This document shows, piece after piece, positions 30,347 to 39,736 of a stretch of 64,000 bases of DNA. Within the stretch, counting starts at the first letter, position 1. Every line of letters starts with the position of its first letter. Under the pieces are notes generated by a model. That model was not told the DNA's origin and searched no databases. It worked only from the letters and a program-made list of their open reading frames with translations. The stretch is from an uncultured Pelagibacteraceae bacterium (lineage in GTDB: Bacteria; Pseudomonadota; Alphaproteobacteria; Pelagibacterales; Pelagibacteraceae), in assembly GCA_902597675.1 (NCBI GenBank), contig CACJYR010000001.1, positions 7,659-71,658 on the forward strand, given 5' to 3'. Made by a program: the position numbers and the translations under genes.

Positions 30347-32686
30347 ATGTCGCTGACTACATTAGATATAAAAGAACCTGGTCTAAATATACTACCACCT
30401 GGAGTTGAAAGACACGTTGTAAACGCTGGTGGGCTTACCGGTTTACAAATTTTTCCAGATGACGAAATAGAAATCATTAATGATGAAGGAAATCAGATTT
30501 GTGAAATAATTTGTTTCGACAAAGATGGAAAATCTGAACTCGCAATTTTAAATTTGAAAGAAAATAGTAACAAAAGTTTTATTAAAGAGATTTTAAAAAA
30601 AAAGGATGAAAGTTCTTTAGCTACAAATTTTCAATTAAAAAAAAGAAATCTAGATTTAAATAAATCGCATTCTTCAATTTTATTTGATGAAAAAACACCT
30701 AGTGGTGAAAAAGTTAAATTAAAATCTAAAGATAAGTGCTACGTTATTTTCTCTGCACCACAAAATGACATGTTGGTAAGTGAACAAAATCCATCTGGTG
30801 ATTTAATATTATTTGTAAAAAGAGCTAAAATTACGAGTGATAAAGAATTATCAATAATTCCTGACCCCGTGTTTGAGCCACATTACGAAAAAAATATTGA
30901 TAGACAAACTGCTATTTCTTTTCAGGTCAAAGAAGGTGATTATATCCAAATTATTAGTCCAGCAGGTAGACAATGCTCTGACTTTGTTGCATTTGATACA
31001 AGAAAACTTGATAAAAAAATTGAAAAAGGACTTGATTGGCAGACCACACGAACCTTCATGGGTAATACTTTTCCTGGGCCAGGATTGTTCTCAAAATTTT
31101 ATGACACAGATCATGAACCTTTAGTTGAGGTGATTAGAGATACAGTTGGTAAACATGATACATTTAATTTAGCTTGCACATCAAAATATTATGAGGATGC
31201 AGGTTATTTTGGTCATCCAAATTGCTCGGATAATCTAAATAATGCCATGGCCGCATATGGAGTTGAAAAACAAAAAGGTTGGCAAGCAATTAATTTATTT
31301 TTTAACACCTCGGCAACTGGTTTAAATTCTGTCATTTCTGATGAATCATTTGCAAGACCTGGAGATTATGTAATGTTTAGAGCATTAAAAGATTTAACTA
31401 TTGGAACGACAGCATGTCCAAGTGATATTGATGCATGTAATTCATGGAATCCCACGGATATTTTTGTTAGAACCTATGACAAAAAAAAAGAATTTTCAAA
31501 ATCATTTGCTTTTAGAATGAAAACAGACTCCGAAAAAAAACTTACTAGAAATTCTGGTTTTTATGAAAGAACATCAAAATTAACTAGGAATTTTATTGAT
31601 GCTAGAGGTTTTTGGCTTCCAAATGATTACACAAAACATGGTGTGGTAGAAGAATATAATGCGTGCAGAGAGAATGCTGTTTTAATCGATTTATCGTCAT
31701 TGAGAAAATTTGAAATCATAGGTCCAGATGCTGAAGAATTAATGAATTATACTTTAACTAGAAATATTAAAAAACTTGCTGTTGGACAAATTGTTTATTC
31801 AGCAATGTGCTATGAAAACGGGATGATGTTCGATGATGGCACTTTATTTAGATTAAGTGAAACTGGATTTAGATGGATTTGCGGAGACGAGTATGCAGGA
31901 GAGTGGCTTAAAGAAGTTGCTCAAAAGAAAAAGTTCAAAGTAAATATAAAAAACTCAACAGATCAAATTAGCAATGTTTCCATTCAAGGGCCGAAAAGTA
32001 GAGAAATTTTAAAAAAAATGATTTTTGCACCTCCAACACAGCCTGCAATCGATGAGTTAGAATGGTTTAGGTTTTCAATTTGCAGAGTTGAAGAACTTCA
32101 AGGAATACCATTAATTGTCTCTAGAACTGGTTACACTGGTGAACTTGGTTATGAGATATGGTGCCATCCAAAAGATGCACCAAAAGTATGGGATAAACTT
32201 ATAGAGTATGGCAAAGATGATAATTTAATACCTGCTGGATTTGCTGCTTTAGATAAATTGAGAATTGAAGCAGGTTTAATTTTGTTTGGAAACGAATTTG
32301 ATGGTCAACAGGATCCGTTTGAAGCTGGAATTGGTTTTGCAGTACCTCTCAAATCAAAAGAAGAAGATTTTATTGGCAAAAGTGTTTTGAAAGAAAGAAA
32401 AGCAAATCCTCAAAAAAAACTTGTTGGTCTTGAGTTAATTGGCAAAGAACCTTCGGGTCATGGTGATTGTGTACATGTCGGAAGATCTCAAGTAGGTGTA
32501 ATAACAAGTGGTTGTTTATCTACTACTCTTAACAAAAATATAGCTTTATGTAGAATTGATAATCAATATTCTGAAATAGGCACCGAGGTAGAGGTAGGTA
32601 AAATTGATGGTCATCAAAAAAGAATTTCTGCTAAAGTAGTTGCTTTCCCACACTTCGATCCTAAGAAAACTAGAGTTAGATCTTAA
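30347..32686 (+). CDS. tdm: Trimethylamine N-oxide demethylase (DUF1989 + GcvT domains)
   Basis: GRQCSDF, HDTFNLAC, HPNCSDN, ACPSDID zinc-site segments; C-terminal SRTGYTGELGYEI. Confidence 0.92.
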   Translation: MSLTTLDIKEPGLNILPPGVERHVVNAGGLTGLQIFPDDEIEIINDEGNQICEIICFDKDGKSELAILNLKENSNKSFIKEILKKKDESSLATNFQLKKRNLDLNKSHSSILFDEKTPSGEKVKLKSKDKCYVIFSAPQNDMLVSEQNPSGDLILFVKRAKITSDKELSIIPDPVFEPHYEKNIDRQTAISFQVKEGDYIQIISPAGRQCSDFVAFDTRKLDKKIEKGLDWQTTRTFMGNTFPGPGLFSKFYDTDHEPLVEVIRDTVGKHDTFNLACTSKYYEDAGYFGHPNCSDNLNNAMAAYGVEKQKGWQAINLFFNTSATGLNSVISDESFARPGDYVMFRALKDLTIGTTACPSDIDACNSWNPTDIFVRTYDKKKEFSKSFAFRMKTDSEKKLTRNSGFYERTSKLTRNFIDARGFWLPNDYTKHGVVEEYNACRENAVLIDLSSLRKFEIIGPDAEELMNYTLTRNIKKLAVGQIVYSAMCYENGMMFDDGTLFRLSETGFRWICGDEYAGEWLKEVAQKKKFKVNIKNSTDQISNVSIQGPKSREILKKMIFAPPTQPAIDELEWFRFSICRVEELQGIPLIVSRTGYTGELGYEIWCHPKDAPKVWDKLIEYGKDDNLIPAGFAALDKLRIEAGLILFGNEFDGQQDPFEAGIGFAVPLKSKEEDFIGKSVLKERKANPQKKLVGLELIGKEPSGHGDCVHVGRSQVGVITSGCLSTTLNKNIALCRIDNQYSEIGTEVEVGKIDGHQKRISAKVVAFPHFDPKKTRVRS

Positions 32687-33036
32687 TGCCCAAAACAGCA
32701 AAAGATTTATTAGAATTTTGGGAAGATCAAATGAAACTTTCCCACATGTCTAGTAACTATTTTTTTAGAAAATCACCTTCCCATTATCATATGATGCTTT
32801 TAGTTATGCACGCTTACAAATATAAAGAGGACTTAACTGTTGAAGAATTAAAGACTAAATTGTTTAAAACTTCACGTCCTAAGTCAGCTTTAATGATTAA
32901 TGAAGCATGTGAAAAAGGTTTTTTTTTCTTAGAAAAAACTTCTGGAGATCAGCGAAAAAAGCACATAAAGCCAAGTGTATCTTTTATTGAAGAGTTTAAT
33001 AAATACATTGAAACACTCAAACATCTAAGCTTTTAA
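32686..33036 (+). CDS. Putative winged-helix (MarR-like) regulator
   Basis: LTVEELK..L.TSRPK...INEA.EKGFF...GDQRKK resembles a MarR HTH plus DxR wing. Confidence 0.6.
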   Translation: MPKTAKDLLEFWEDQMKLSHMSSNYFFRKSPSHYHMMLLVMHAYKYKEDLTVEELKTKLFKTSRPKSALMINEACEKGFFFLEKTSGDQRKKHIKPSVSFIEEFNKYIETLKHLSF

Positions 33037-33095
33037 AGCTTTATCATTTTTACTTATATTTTTTATATATATAAAAAATTATATATTTACGTCGC

Positions 33096-34442
33096 ATGAA
33101 AAATAAAGATGTGATTATGTCATTACCGACAAAAGCAAAAGTAGTAATTATCGGTGGGGGGATTCACGGATTAAGTACTGCTTGGAAACTATCCGAAACG
33201 TATAAAAATCCTGGAGATATTGTTGTTTTAGAAAAGAAAGATACTGCAGCAGGTGCGAGCGGCATAGCTTGTGGTGTTGTTAGAAATAATTATTTTCAAC
33301 CAGCAATGAGAGAATTAATGGCCCATTCAGTTTCAGTTTGGGAGAGTGATCCAAAAGCATTTAAATATAATCCAGTTGGTTATTTGCAAATATCGCCTGA
33401 AGTTATGCATGAGGATGTCGCCAGTATTTATGAACAACAAAAAGCGATTGGTTATGAATCTGAATTTATAGAAGGTGAAAAAGATTGCATGAATTATATG
33501 AAGGGTATCTTTGATGATTGGCAAGCTCAAGGAATCACATCTATTCTGCATGAAAAAAAAGGTGGGTATGCTTTTAATAAAGATTCAATTAAAGCACTTG
33601 AAAATAAATCTACCTCAAATGGTGTTCAAGTGATGAAAGGTGTTAGAGTTACTGGTTTTAAAAGAGGCAGTAACAGCAAAGCTGTAACTGGAGTAGAAAC
33701 AGACAAAGGGACAATTGATTGTGAACAAGTCGTAATTGGAGCGGGACCTTGGGCAAGAGATTTTTGGAACATGTTAGAGCTACCAAAAACTGCAAACATC
33801 AAAGGCAAAAATGGTAAGATGCATGTTACTGACATGTGGACTTACTGGATGCTTCAAGAGGGTGTTATTGGAGTAGAACCAGATTTCTTAAAAACAAATG
33901 ATGGTAAACAACCGCCTGTGGTTCATGTCGACTCAACTGCGCCATTGTATTCAGATAAAACAAAAAAATTAATAACAGATAAAATTTGGGGGATTTATTA
34001 TAAGCCTGATATTGAAGGATTAGGTGTTCAAGGGGGAACTTCTCCTTACATTGTTAAAAAACATTTTGATAAAGTTAACGTTGATCCATATGGGATTGAG
34101 TCCCCAGAGTATCAAACAACTGATGCTTTTAGTGAAATGTGGTGCTCAGCTTTAGCTCACTGCCAAAAAAGATTTGAAGGGAAGTCAGATTTATATAGAA
34201 AAGGTCCTTCAGGTGGACTTGGATGTATGACCCCTGACTCTTTTCCGATCTTTGATAGATTTTTTGAAAATGTTTATATGATTGCTGATGCTAACCATGG
34301 ATACAAAATGATTGGTGTTGGCGAACTGGTGGCAAAAGAAATTCTTGGTACTGAAAGTGATTTATTAAAACCATTTAGATTCAACCGTTACGAGAAGGGG
34401 GAATTGCACCCTACTTCGAACAGTCCGTTTCCTTGGAGCTAA
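33096..34442 (+). CDS. FAD-dependent oxidoreductase (DAO/monomeric sarcosine oxidase family)
   Basis: IIGGGIHG, GASGIACG, TPDSFPI, HGYKM; start may be ATG 33117. Confidence 0.88.
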   Translation: MKNKDVIMSLPTKAKVVIIGGGIHGLSTAWKLSETYKNPGDIVVLEKKDTAAGASGIACGVVRNNYFQPAMRELMAHSVSVWESDPKAFKYNPVGYLQISPEVMHEDVASIYEQQKAIGYESEFIEGEKDCMNYMKGIFDDWQAQGITSILHEKKGGYAFNKDSIKALENKSTSNGVQVMKGVRVTGFKRGSNSKAVTGVETDKGTIDCEQVVIGAGPWARDFWNMLELPKTANIKGKNGKMHVTDMWTYWMLQEGVIGVEPDFLKTNDGKQPPVVHVDSTAPLYSDKTKKLITDKIWGIYYKPDIEGLGVQGGTSPYIVKKHFDKVNVDPYGIESPEYQTTDAFSEMWCSALAHCQKRFEGKSDLYRKGPSGGLGCMTPDSFPIFDRFFENVYMIADANHGYKMIGVGELVAKEILGTESDLLKPFRFNRYEKGELHPTSNSPFPWS

Positions 34443-34452
34443 ACTTCAAGCC

Positions 34453-34481
34453 TAGACACTAATAAATTTTTCAGTTACGCT
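34453..34481 (+). promoter_or_regulatory. Candidate sigma70 promoter for the GS-like/mgsABC genes
   Basis: TAGACA-17 bp-TACGCT; GAGGGG Shine-Dalgarno before ATG 34512. Confidence 0.45.
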
Positions 34482-34511
34482 TGAGTAAATTTATAATTCA
34501 TCGAGGGGAAA

Positions 34512-35981
34512 ATGACGGATCTAGAAAAACACGTAAACCGACCAGGTAGAGATAAGCAAGTCAAAAAAGTTAGAGAAAAAATAAACGAATTAGGAATAAC
34601 CTATATTTATTATCAGTTTATTTCTGTAACAGGAAGAGTGGTTGGAAAAGGAATACCCGCTGATCATTGGGAAAGAACAGCTGAAAAAGGTTTCCAATTA
34701 GTTTACGGAGCAACTGCAAACTTATTTTTAGATCGACACAACAACTATATTGGTTATGGACCAGAGGCAATGGAATTGGTTGGAATTCCTGATCCTGAAA
34801 CTTTTTGTCAGTTACCATGGGATAAAAGAGTTGGGAGAGTTTTTGTAACTTGTTTTAGAAACAGAGAAGAAAGAAATAATCCAGGCGGTCATTTAACTTC
34901 TGATTGCAGAGGAAATTTAAGAATTTTCATGGATGAATTCCAAAAGAAACATGGTTTAGAACTAAGAGTAGGAACTGAGCCAGAAATGATGTGGTTGACT
35001 AAAAATGATGATGGAACGCCAACTGGAAAAGGATTTTCGAAACCATTTTGTTATCACATAGACCAATTTGAGTCATTAAGACCTGTATTTATGAAGGTGA
35101 TTGAATATGCAAAAGCAATGGGTCTAGATATGATTCAAGGTGATCACGAAGATGCACCTGGTCAATTAGAATTGAACTGGACATATGACAACGTTTTAAG
35201 AAATGCAGATAGATTATCAACTTATAGACAAATATGTGCTCAAGTTGCAAGAGAACATAATCTAATTGCATGTTTTATGACCAAACCATTTATGGGAGTT
35301 TCAGCGAGTGGTTGTCATACTAATATGTCTTTATGGAAAGGTGGAAAAATCAAAACGAATAAACTTGGACACAAATCCTTACCAGGCGTTGAAGAAGTTT
35401 TTGGATATGTTGAAGGTGGAACAAATACTTTCATGCCAGATACTAAGGATATGCAGTTACCTGGAAAAATTGGATTACAATCAATAGCAGGTATCATGGA
35501 ACATTTACCAGCTTTAACAGCATTAGGATCCTCAACTGTAAATTCATATAGAAGATTATGGGATCAAGGTTTCTGGGCTCCTGTTTATGCTGACTGGGGT
35601 TACCAAAATAGAACTTGTGGATTGAGAGTATCAGCACCGGGTAGATTTGAATACAGATCGGTAGACTCAATGCATAATCCATATTTATTAGGAGCAGCTT
35701 TACTAAAAGCTTGTGATCATGGAATTAGTAAAAAAATGCAACCAGCAGCTCCAGAGTCTAGAAATATTTATGAAGCTCAAAAAGCAGGTAAAGATGTTAA
35801 AAAACTTCCTTTGAGTTTAGGTGAGGCTTTAGAAAGATTATCAGAGGATGAAATTATTAAATCTGCAATGCCTGATGAGATGTATAAAGTTTTCCATTGG
35901 TATAAAAATGATGAATGGGAAAGGTTTTTAGGTGCAACAACTCAATGGGATTTAGATACTTATTTAGATTGTTTACCATAA
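34512..35981 (+). CDS. Glutamine synthetase-like gamma-glutamyl ligase (second paralogue)
   Basis: GTEPE, HEDAPGQLE, MTKPF...SGCH, NSYRRL, NR...RV, RFEYR. Confidence 0.88.
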   Translation: MTDLEKHVNRPGRDKQVKKVREKINELGITYIYYQFISVTGRVVGKGIPADHWERTAEKGFQLVYGATANLFLDRHNNYIGYGPEAMELVGIPDPETFCQLPWDKRVGRVFVTCFRNREERNNPGGHLTSDCRGNLRIFMDEFQKKHGLELRVGTEPEMMWLTKNDDGTPTGKGFSKPFCYHIDQFESLRPVFMKVIEYAKAMGLDMIQGDHEDAPGQLELNWTYDNVLRNADRLSTYRQICAQVAREHNLIACFMTKPFMGVSASGCHTNMSLWKGGKIKTNKLGHKSLPGVEEVFGYVEGGTNTFMPDTKDMQLPGKIGLQSIAGIMEHLPALTALGSSTVNSYRRLWDQGFWAPVYADWGYQNRTCGLRVSAPGRFEYRSVDSMHNPYLLGAALLKACDHGISKKMQPAAPESRNIYEAQKAGKDVKKLPLSLGEALERLSEDEIIKSAMPDEMYKVFHWYKNDEWERFLGATTQWDLDTYLDCLP

Positions 35982-36003
35982 TAAATACAGAGAGAAAAAA
36001 TAT

Positions 36004-36948
36004 ATGTGCGGAATAGCCGGATTAATTCATAGAGGAAAATCCTCCAATGTAGGTCATGAACTTCAGGGAATGTTGCAAGCCTTAAAACATCGAGGAGAAG
36101 ACTCAACTGGTTATGCTTTGTATGGTGATACAGATGGCAAAAATTTCATCATGAGATTTAAAGTTGGTGAAAACGTTGGTGAAGGTAGTACGTCTGTTGC
36201 TGAGGATGTGTCTGTATACGATGAAAGAAAGAAAATTGTTGATAGTTATCTTGCAGAGATGGGTGCAAAAATTATTAAAGAAGAAAGAATACTCCCTTAC
36301 TCGTTAAGATATGAGATTGAATACAATAAAAAAGATTTATTAGAGTTTTCACAAAAAATAGAAAGTATTCCTGGTGTTGAAATTTTATCTATGGGTAAAT
36401 CGTTAGAAGTAATCAAAGATCTAGGGAATGCAAAAATGGTTTGTGATAGATATAACTTAGACAAACTTGTTGGTACTCATGCAATAGGCCACGCAAGAAT
36501 GGCTACTGAGTCTGGTGTAGATATTAAATCTGCTCACCCTTTTTGGGGATATCCTTTTAGTGATGTGTCCGTTGTTCACAATGGTCAACTAACGAATTAT
36601 TGGAATAATAGAAGAGCTTTAGAAAATAAGGGAATGAGATTTATGTCAGAATGTGACTCTGAATTAATTGCAGTTTACCTTGCTGAAAAAATGAGAGATG
36701 GGGCTTCATTAGAAGAAGGAATGAAAGAGTCATTAACAGGTCTCGATGGTGTATTTACTTATTTTGTTGCTACAAAAGATTCTTTGGGAATGGCTAAAGA
36801 TACAATGGCTGCAAAACCTTTAGTTTTATATGAGTCTGATGATTTAGTAGCAATGGGTTCAGAAGAGATAGCTATAAGATCAATTTTGCCACAAGAAATT
36901 GATACTTATGATCCATTCGATGGAGAGGTTAAAGTATGGCAAATTTAA
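36004..36948 (+). CDS. mgsA: N-methylglutamate synthase subunit A (class II glutamine amidotransferase, GlxB-like)
   Basis: N-terminal MCGIAG, RGEDSTG, GHARMATES, VHNG. Confidence 0.85.
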   Translation: MCGIAGLIHRGKSSNVGHELQGMLQALKHRGEDSTGYALYGDTDGKNFIMRFKVGENVGEGSTSVAEDVSVYDERKKIVDSYLAEMGAKIIKEERILPYSLRYEIEYNKKDLLEFSQKIESIPGVEILSMGKSLEVIKDLGNAKMVCDRYNLDKLVGTHAIGHARMATESGVDIKSAHPFWGYPFSDVSVVHNGQLTNYWNNRRALENKGMRFMSECDSELIAVYLAEKMRDGASLEEGMKESLTGLDGVFTYFVATKDSLGMAKDTMAAKPLVLYESDDLVAMGSEEIAIRSILPQEIDTYDPFDGEVKVWQI

Positions 36949-37790
36949 AAAACGTAACTAAAAAAACAAAAGCCCAGGCAATGGGAATGCACTCGGAAGT
37001 TTTAACTGGAAGAACTCAACAGAAATTTTTTAATCCAGATGAAGCAGAAAACTTTTATTACTTTGGAACTTATGATGTCGATTTTAATAAAAGAACAGAT
37101 CTTGATGTAAAAAATATGACGGCAGCTGAAGCTAATAAAGAACTCGATAATTTAATGAGCCAGGGCTATGGAACAATAGTCATCAAAAATCCTCAAGGAA
37201 AACACAGTCTAGGTGTTGGAATTTTGAATAAATTGAATTTAATTTTTGAAGGTAGTTTAGGATACTTTGGTATGGGCTCTAGCGATGGTCCGATTGTAAG
37301 AATTAATGGAAGAGTTGGTTGGTCATGTGCAGAGAATCTAATGGCTGGAAAAGTTGTAATTGAAAAAAATGCAGGGTCTTGTTTTGGGGCTGCTATCAGA
37401 GGTGGTGATTTAATTTGCAAAGGTAGTGTCGGTGCAAGAACTGGCATCGATATGAAAGGTGGAACTATCATTATTGGTGGTGACGCTGGTGCATTTACTG
37501 GGTTTATGATGCAAAGAGGAAGAATAATCATATTGGGAGATGTTGGCATAAATTTAGGTGATTCGATGTATGATGGGACAATTTTCGTAGGTGGAGAAAT
37601 TGGGTCATATGGTAGTGATGCAGTAGATTCAGAGTTGACGCAAAGCGATCAAGATTGGTTAAGAAGAAAACTTAGAGTTGCTGAAATTGGTGAAAACTTT
37701 GATGTAAGTAAAATGAAAAAAATTGTAGCTGGTAAAAAACTTTGGAATTACGACAACTTAGAACCTGCTGAGAAAAAAGGAGCAATTTAA
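36936..37790 (+). CDS. mgsB: N-methylglutamate synthase subunit B (GXGXG domain, GlxC-like)
   Basis: Gly-rich beta-helix repeats (GDAGAFTGFMMQRG). Confidence 0.85.
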   Translation: MANLKNVTKKTKAQAMGMHSEVLTGRTQQKFFNPDEAENFYYFGTYDVDFNKRTDLDVKNMTAAEANKELDNLMSQGYGTIVIKNPQGKHSLGVGILNKLNLIFEGSLGYFGMGSSDGPIVRINGRVGWSCAENLMAGKVVIEKNAGSCFGAAIRGGDLICKGSVGARTGIDMKGGTIIIGGDAGAFTGFMMQRGRIIILGDVGINLGDSMYDGTIFVGGEIGSYGSDAVDSELTQSDQDWLRRKLRVAEIGENFDVSKMKKIVAGKKLWNYDNLEPAEKKGAI

Positions 37791-39202
37791 TGGCTAAGAA
37801 AAAAAAGAAAAAAAACGGAAAATCAAATGGTAACGTTGGTGGCAAAGCTGATGTTCACGTAAACAGCAACGGATCAAGAAACAAAAGTTTACTTGGTCAC
37901 AACGCTATATTTACCCCAGAGGTAATTGATGACATCCATATTAAATCTCAGTTAGGAAGATACAGAATGCGTGGAATGGCATTAATGAAAAAAATTCCTA
38001 CATTTGACGATCTAGTTTTCTTACCAGGAACTTTAACTAGATTTGTAATCGAAGGTTACAGAGAAAAGTGTGAAACCAAAACTGTAATTGGTCCAAGATG
38101 TGAGAACCCAATTGAATTAGATATACCAGTTTATATTACTGGTATGAGTTTTGGTGCTTTATCTTATGAGGCTAAAACAGCACTTGCTCGAGGTGCAACA
38201 ATGGCAGGAAGTGCTACTTGTTCTGGTGAAGGTGGAATGATCCCTGATGAAAGAAGATATTCTGAAAAATGGTTTTACCAATGTATTCAATCTAGATACG
38301 GATTTAACCCACATCATGCACAACTAGCAGATGGAATTGAAGTATTTATTGGACAAGGTCAAAAAGTTGGTATGGGAGGACACTTGATGGGTCAGAAAGT
38401 TACTGATCAAGTTGCAGAAATGAGATCATTACCATCAGGAATTGATCAAAGATCTCCTGCAAGACACCCAGATTGGTTAGGTCCTGATGACTTAGCTTTA
38501 AAAGTTGAAGAATTACGACAACTAACAAAAAATAAAGTGCCAATTCAATTAAAATTAGGTGCATCAAAAGTTTATGATGATGTTCGTATGGCTGCAAAGT
38601 GTGATCCAGACTCTATCTACTTAGATGGTATGGAAGGATCAACAGGTGCAGGTCCACACATAGCTGCTGCCAATACAGGTATTCCTGGTATCGCAGCTAT
38701 AAGAGAAGCAAGAAGAGCGTTAGACGATGTAGGTAAAACTGGAAAAGTTACTTTGATTTATGCTGGTGGGGTAAGAGATGGTGCTGATATGGCAAAAGCT
38801 TTAGCATTAGGTGCTGATGCAATTGCGATTGGTACTGGTTCAATGATCGCATTAAATTGTAACAAAGACATTCCAGAAGCTGATTTTGAAAAAGAAATGG
38901 GTGTTAAAGCAGGTGAATGTTATCACTGCCATACAGGAAGATGTCCTGTGGGTGTTGCAACTCAGGATCCAAAATTAAGAGCGAGATTAAATCCTGATGA
39001 TGCTGCATTAAGAGTTTATAATTATCTTCATTCAATGACACTTGAAGCTCAATTGTTAGCTAGAGCATGCGGTAAAACGAATATCCATTCTTTAGAACCT
39101 GAAGATTTAGCAGCGTTAACATCTGAAGCTTCTGCACTAGCTAAAGTTCCATTAGCTGGAACGAACTATACTGTTGGTGTTGATAACTTCCATAAAATCT
39201 AG
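37790..39202 (+). CDS. mgsC: N-methylglutamate synthase subunit C (FMN-binding glutamate synthase domain, GlxD-like)
   Basis: MSFGALS, GEGG, GQGQKVGMGG, CYHCHTGRCPVGVATQ Fe-S motif. Confidence 0.88.
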   Translation: MAKKKKKKNGKSNGNVGGKADVHVNSNGSRNKSLLGHNAIFTPEVIDDIHIKSQLGRYRMRGMALMKKIPTFDDLVFLPGTLTRFVIEGYREKCETKTVIGPRCENPIELDIPVYITGMSFGALSYEAKTALARGATMAGSATCSGEGGMIPDERRYSEKWFYQCIQSRYGFNPHHAQLADGIEVFIGQGQKVGMGGHLMGQKVTDQVAEMRSLPSGIDQRSPARHPDWLGPDDLALKVEELRQLTKNKVPIQLKLGASKVYDDVRMAAKCDPDSIYLDGMEGSTGAGPHIAAANTGIPGIAAIREARRALDDVGKTGKVTLIYAGGVRDGADMAKALALGADAIAIGTGSMIALNCNKDIPEADFEKEMGVKAGECYHCHTGRCPVGVATQDPKLRARLNPDDAALRVYNYLHSMTLEAQLLARACGKTNIHSLEPEDLAALTSEASALAKVPLAGTNYTVGVDNFHKI

Positions 39203-39210
39203 ATTTTAAT

Positions 39211-39609
39211 ATGGCGAAGAAAAAAAATAAAAAAAAAGAAGCCTCTAGTCAGCTAGGTAAAAAAAAAGAAACTGCTAGAGAAAAAATGATTGGTCAGTCG
39301 ATTGGTTATCGATATGACGTAAATCTTTTGCCTGATTATAAAAAAATCACGCCTTTTTTAAAAAAATACATTGAAGCTATGGGATGGGATGATCTAAACT
39401 GGTTAGAGGATGTACACATGGGTTATGAGGAAGGTAAACCAGCAGTATTTTGCAGAAATGCAAATGGATGGGTAACAATTCCAAAATCAATCAAGTTACC
39501 AAATAACCAACAAGACAGAGACATGATTGCGAGAGAATTACTAGTTAAATTTCAAATGTCACCAAAACATCCTCTTGTTGATTTGAAAAAAGCTTATCTT
39601 AAATTTTAA
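39211..39609 (+). CDS. Hypothetical protein in the mgs operon
   Basis: 8 bp after mgsC; Lys-rich N-terminus. Confidence 0.75.
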   Translation: MAKKKNKKKEASSQLGKKKETAREKMIGQSIGYRYDVNLLPDYKKITPFLKKYIEAMGWDDLNWLEDVHMGYEEGKPAVFCRNANGWVTIPKSIKLPNNQQDRDMIARELLVKFQMSPKHPLVDLKKAYLKF

Positions 39610-39638
39610 GTTCTCAATCTAAAGTTGATTTTTTTTTT

Positions 39639-39664
39639 AAACCTTACACATATGTAAGGTTTTT
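39639..39664. promoter_or_regulatory. Inverted repeat between the mgs operon and amt (terminator or operator)
   Basis: AAACCTTACA-CATA-TGTAAGGTTT, perfect 10-bp arms. Confidence 0.5.
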
Positions 39665-39736
39665 AAGCTCTGTTTCATTTGTAACATATCTTAAAATTTA
39701 ATAGGCTTTTAAAAAAAACTAATATGGAGAGAGAAT

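Noticed and set aside
39671-39686. TGT-N10-ACA match to a NifA upstream activator sequence
   Set aside because: No nif genes or sigma54 -24/-12 motif nearby; short match expected by chance.
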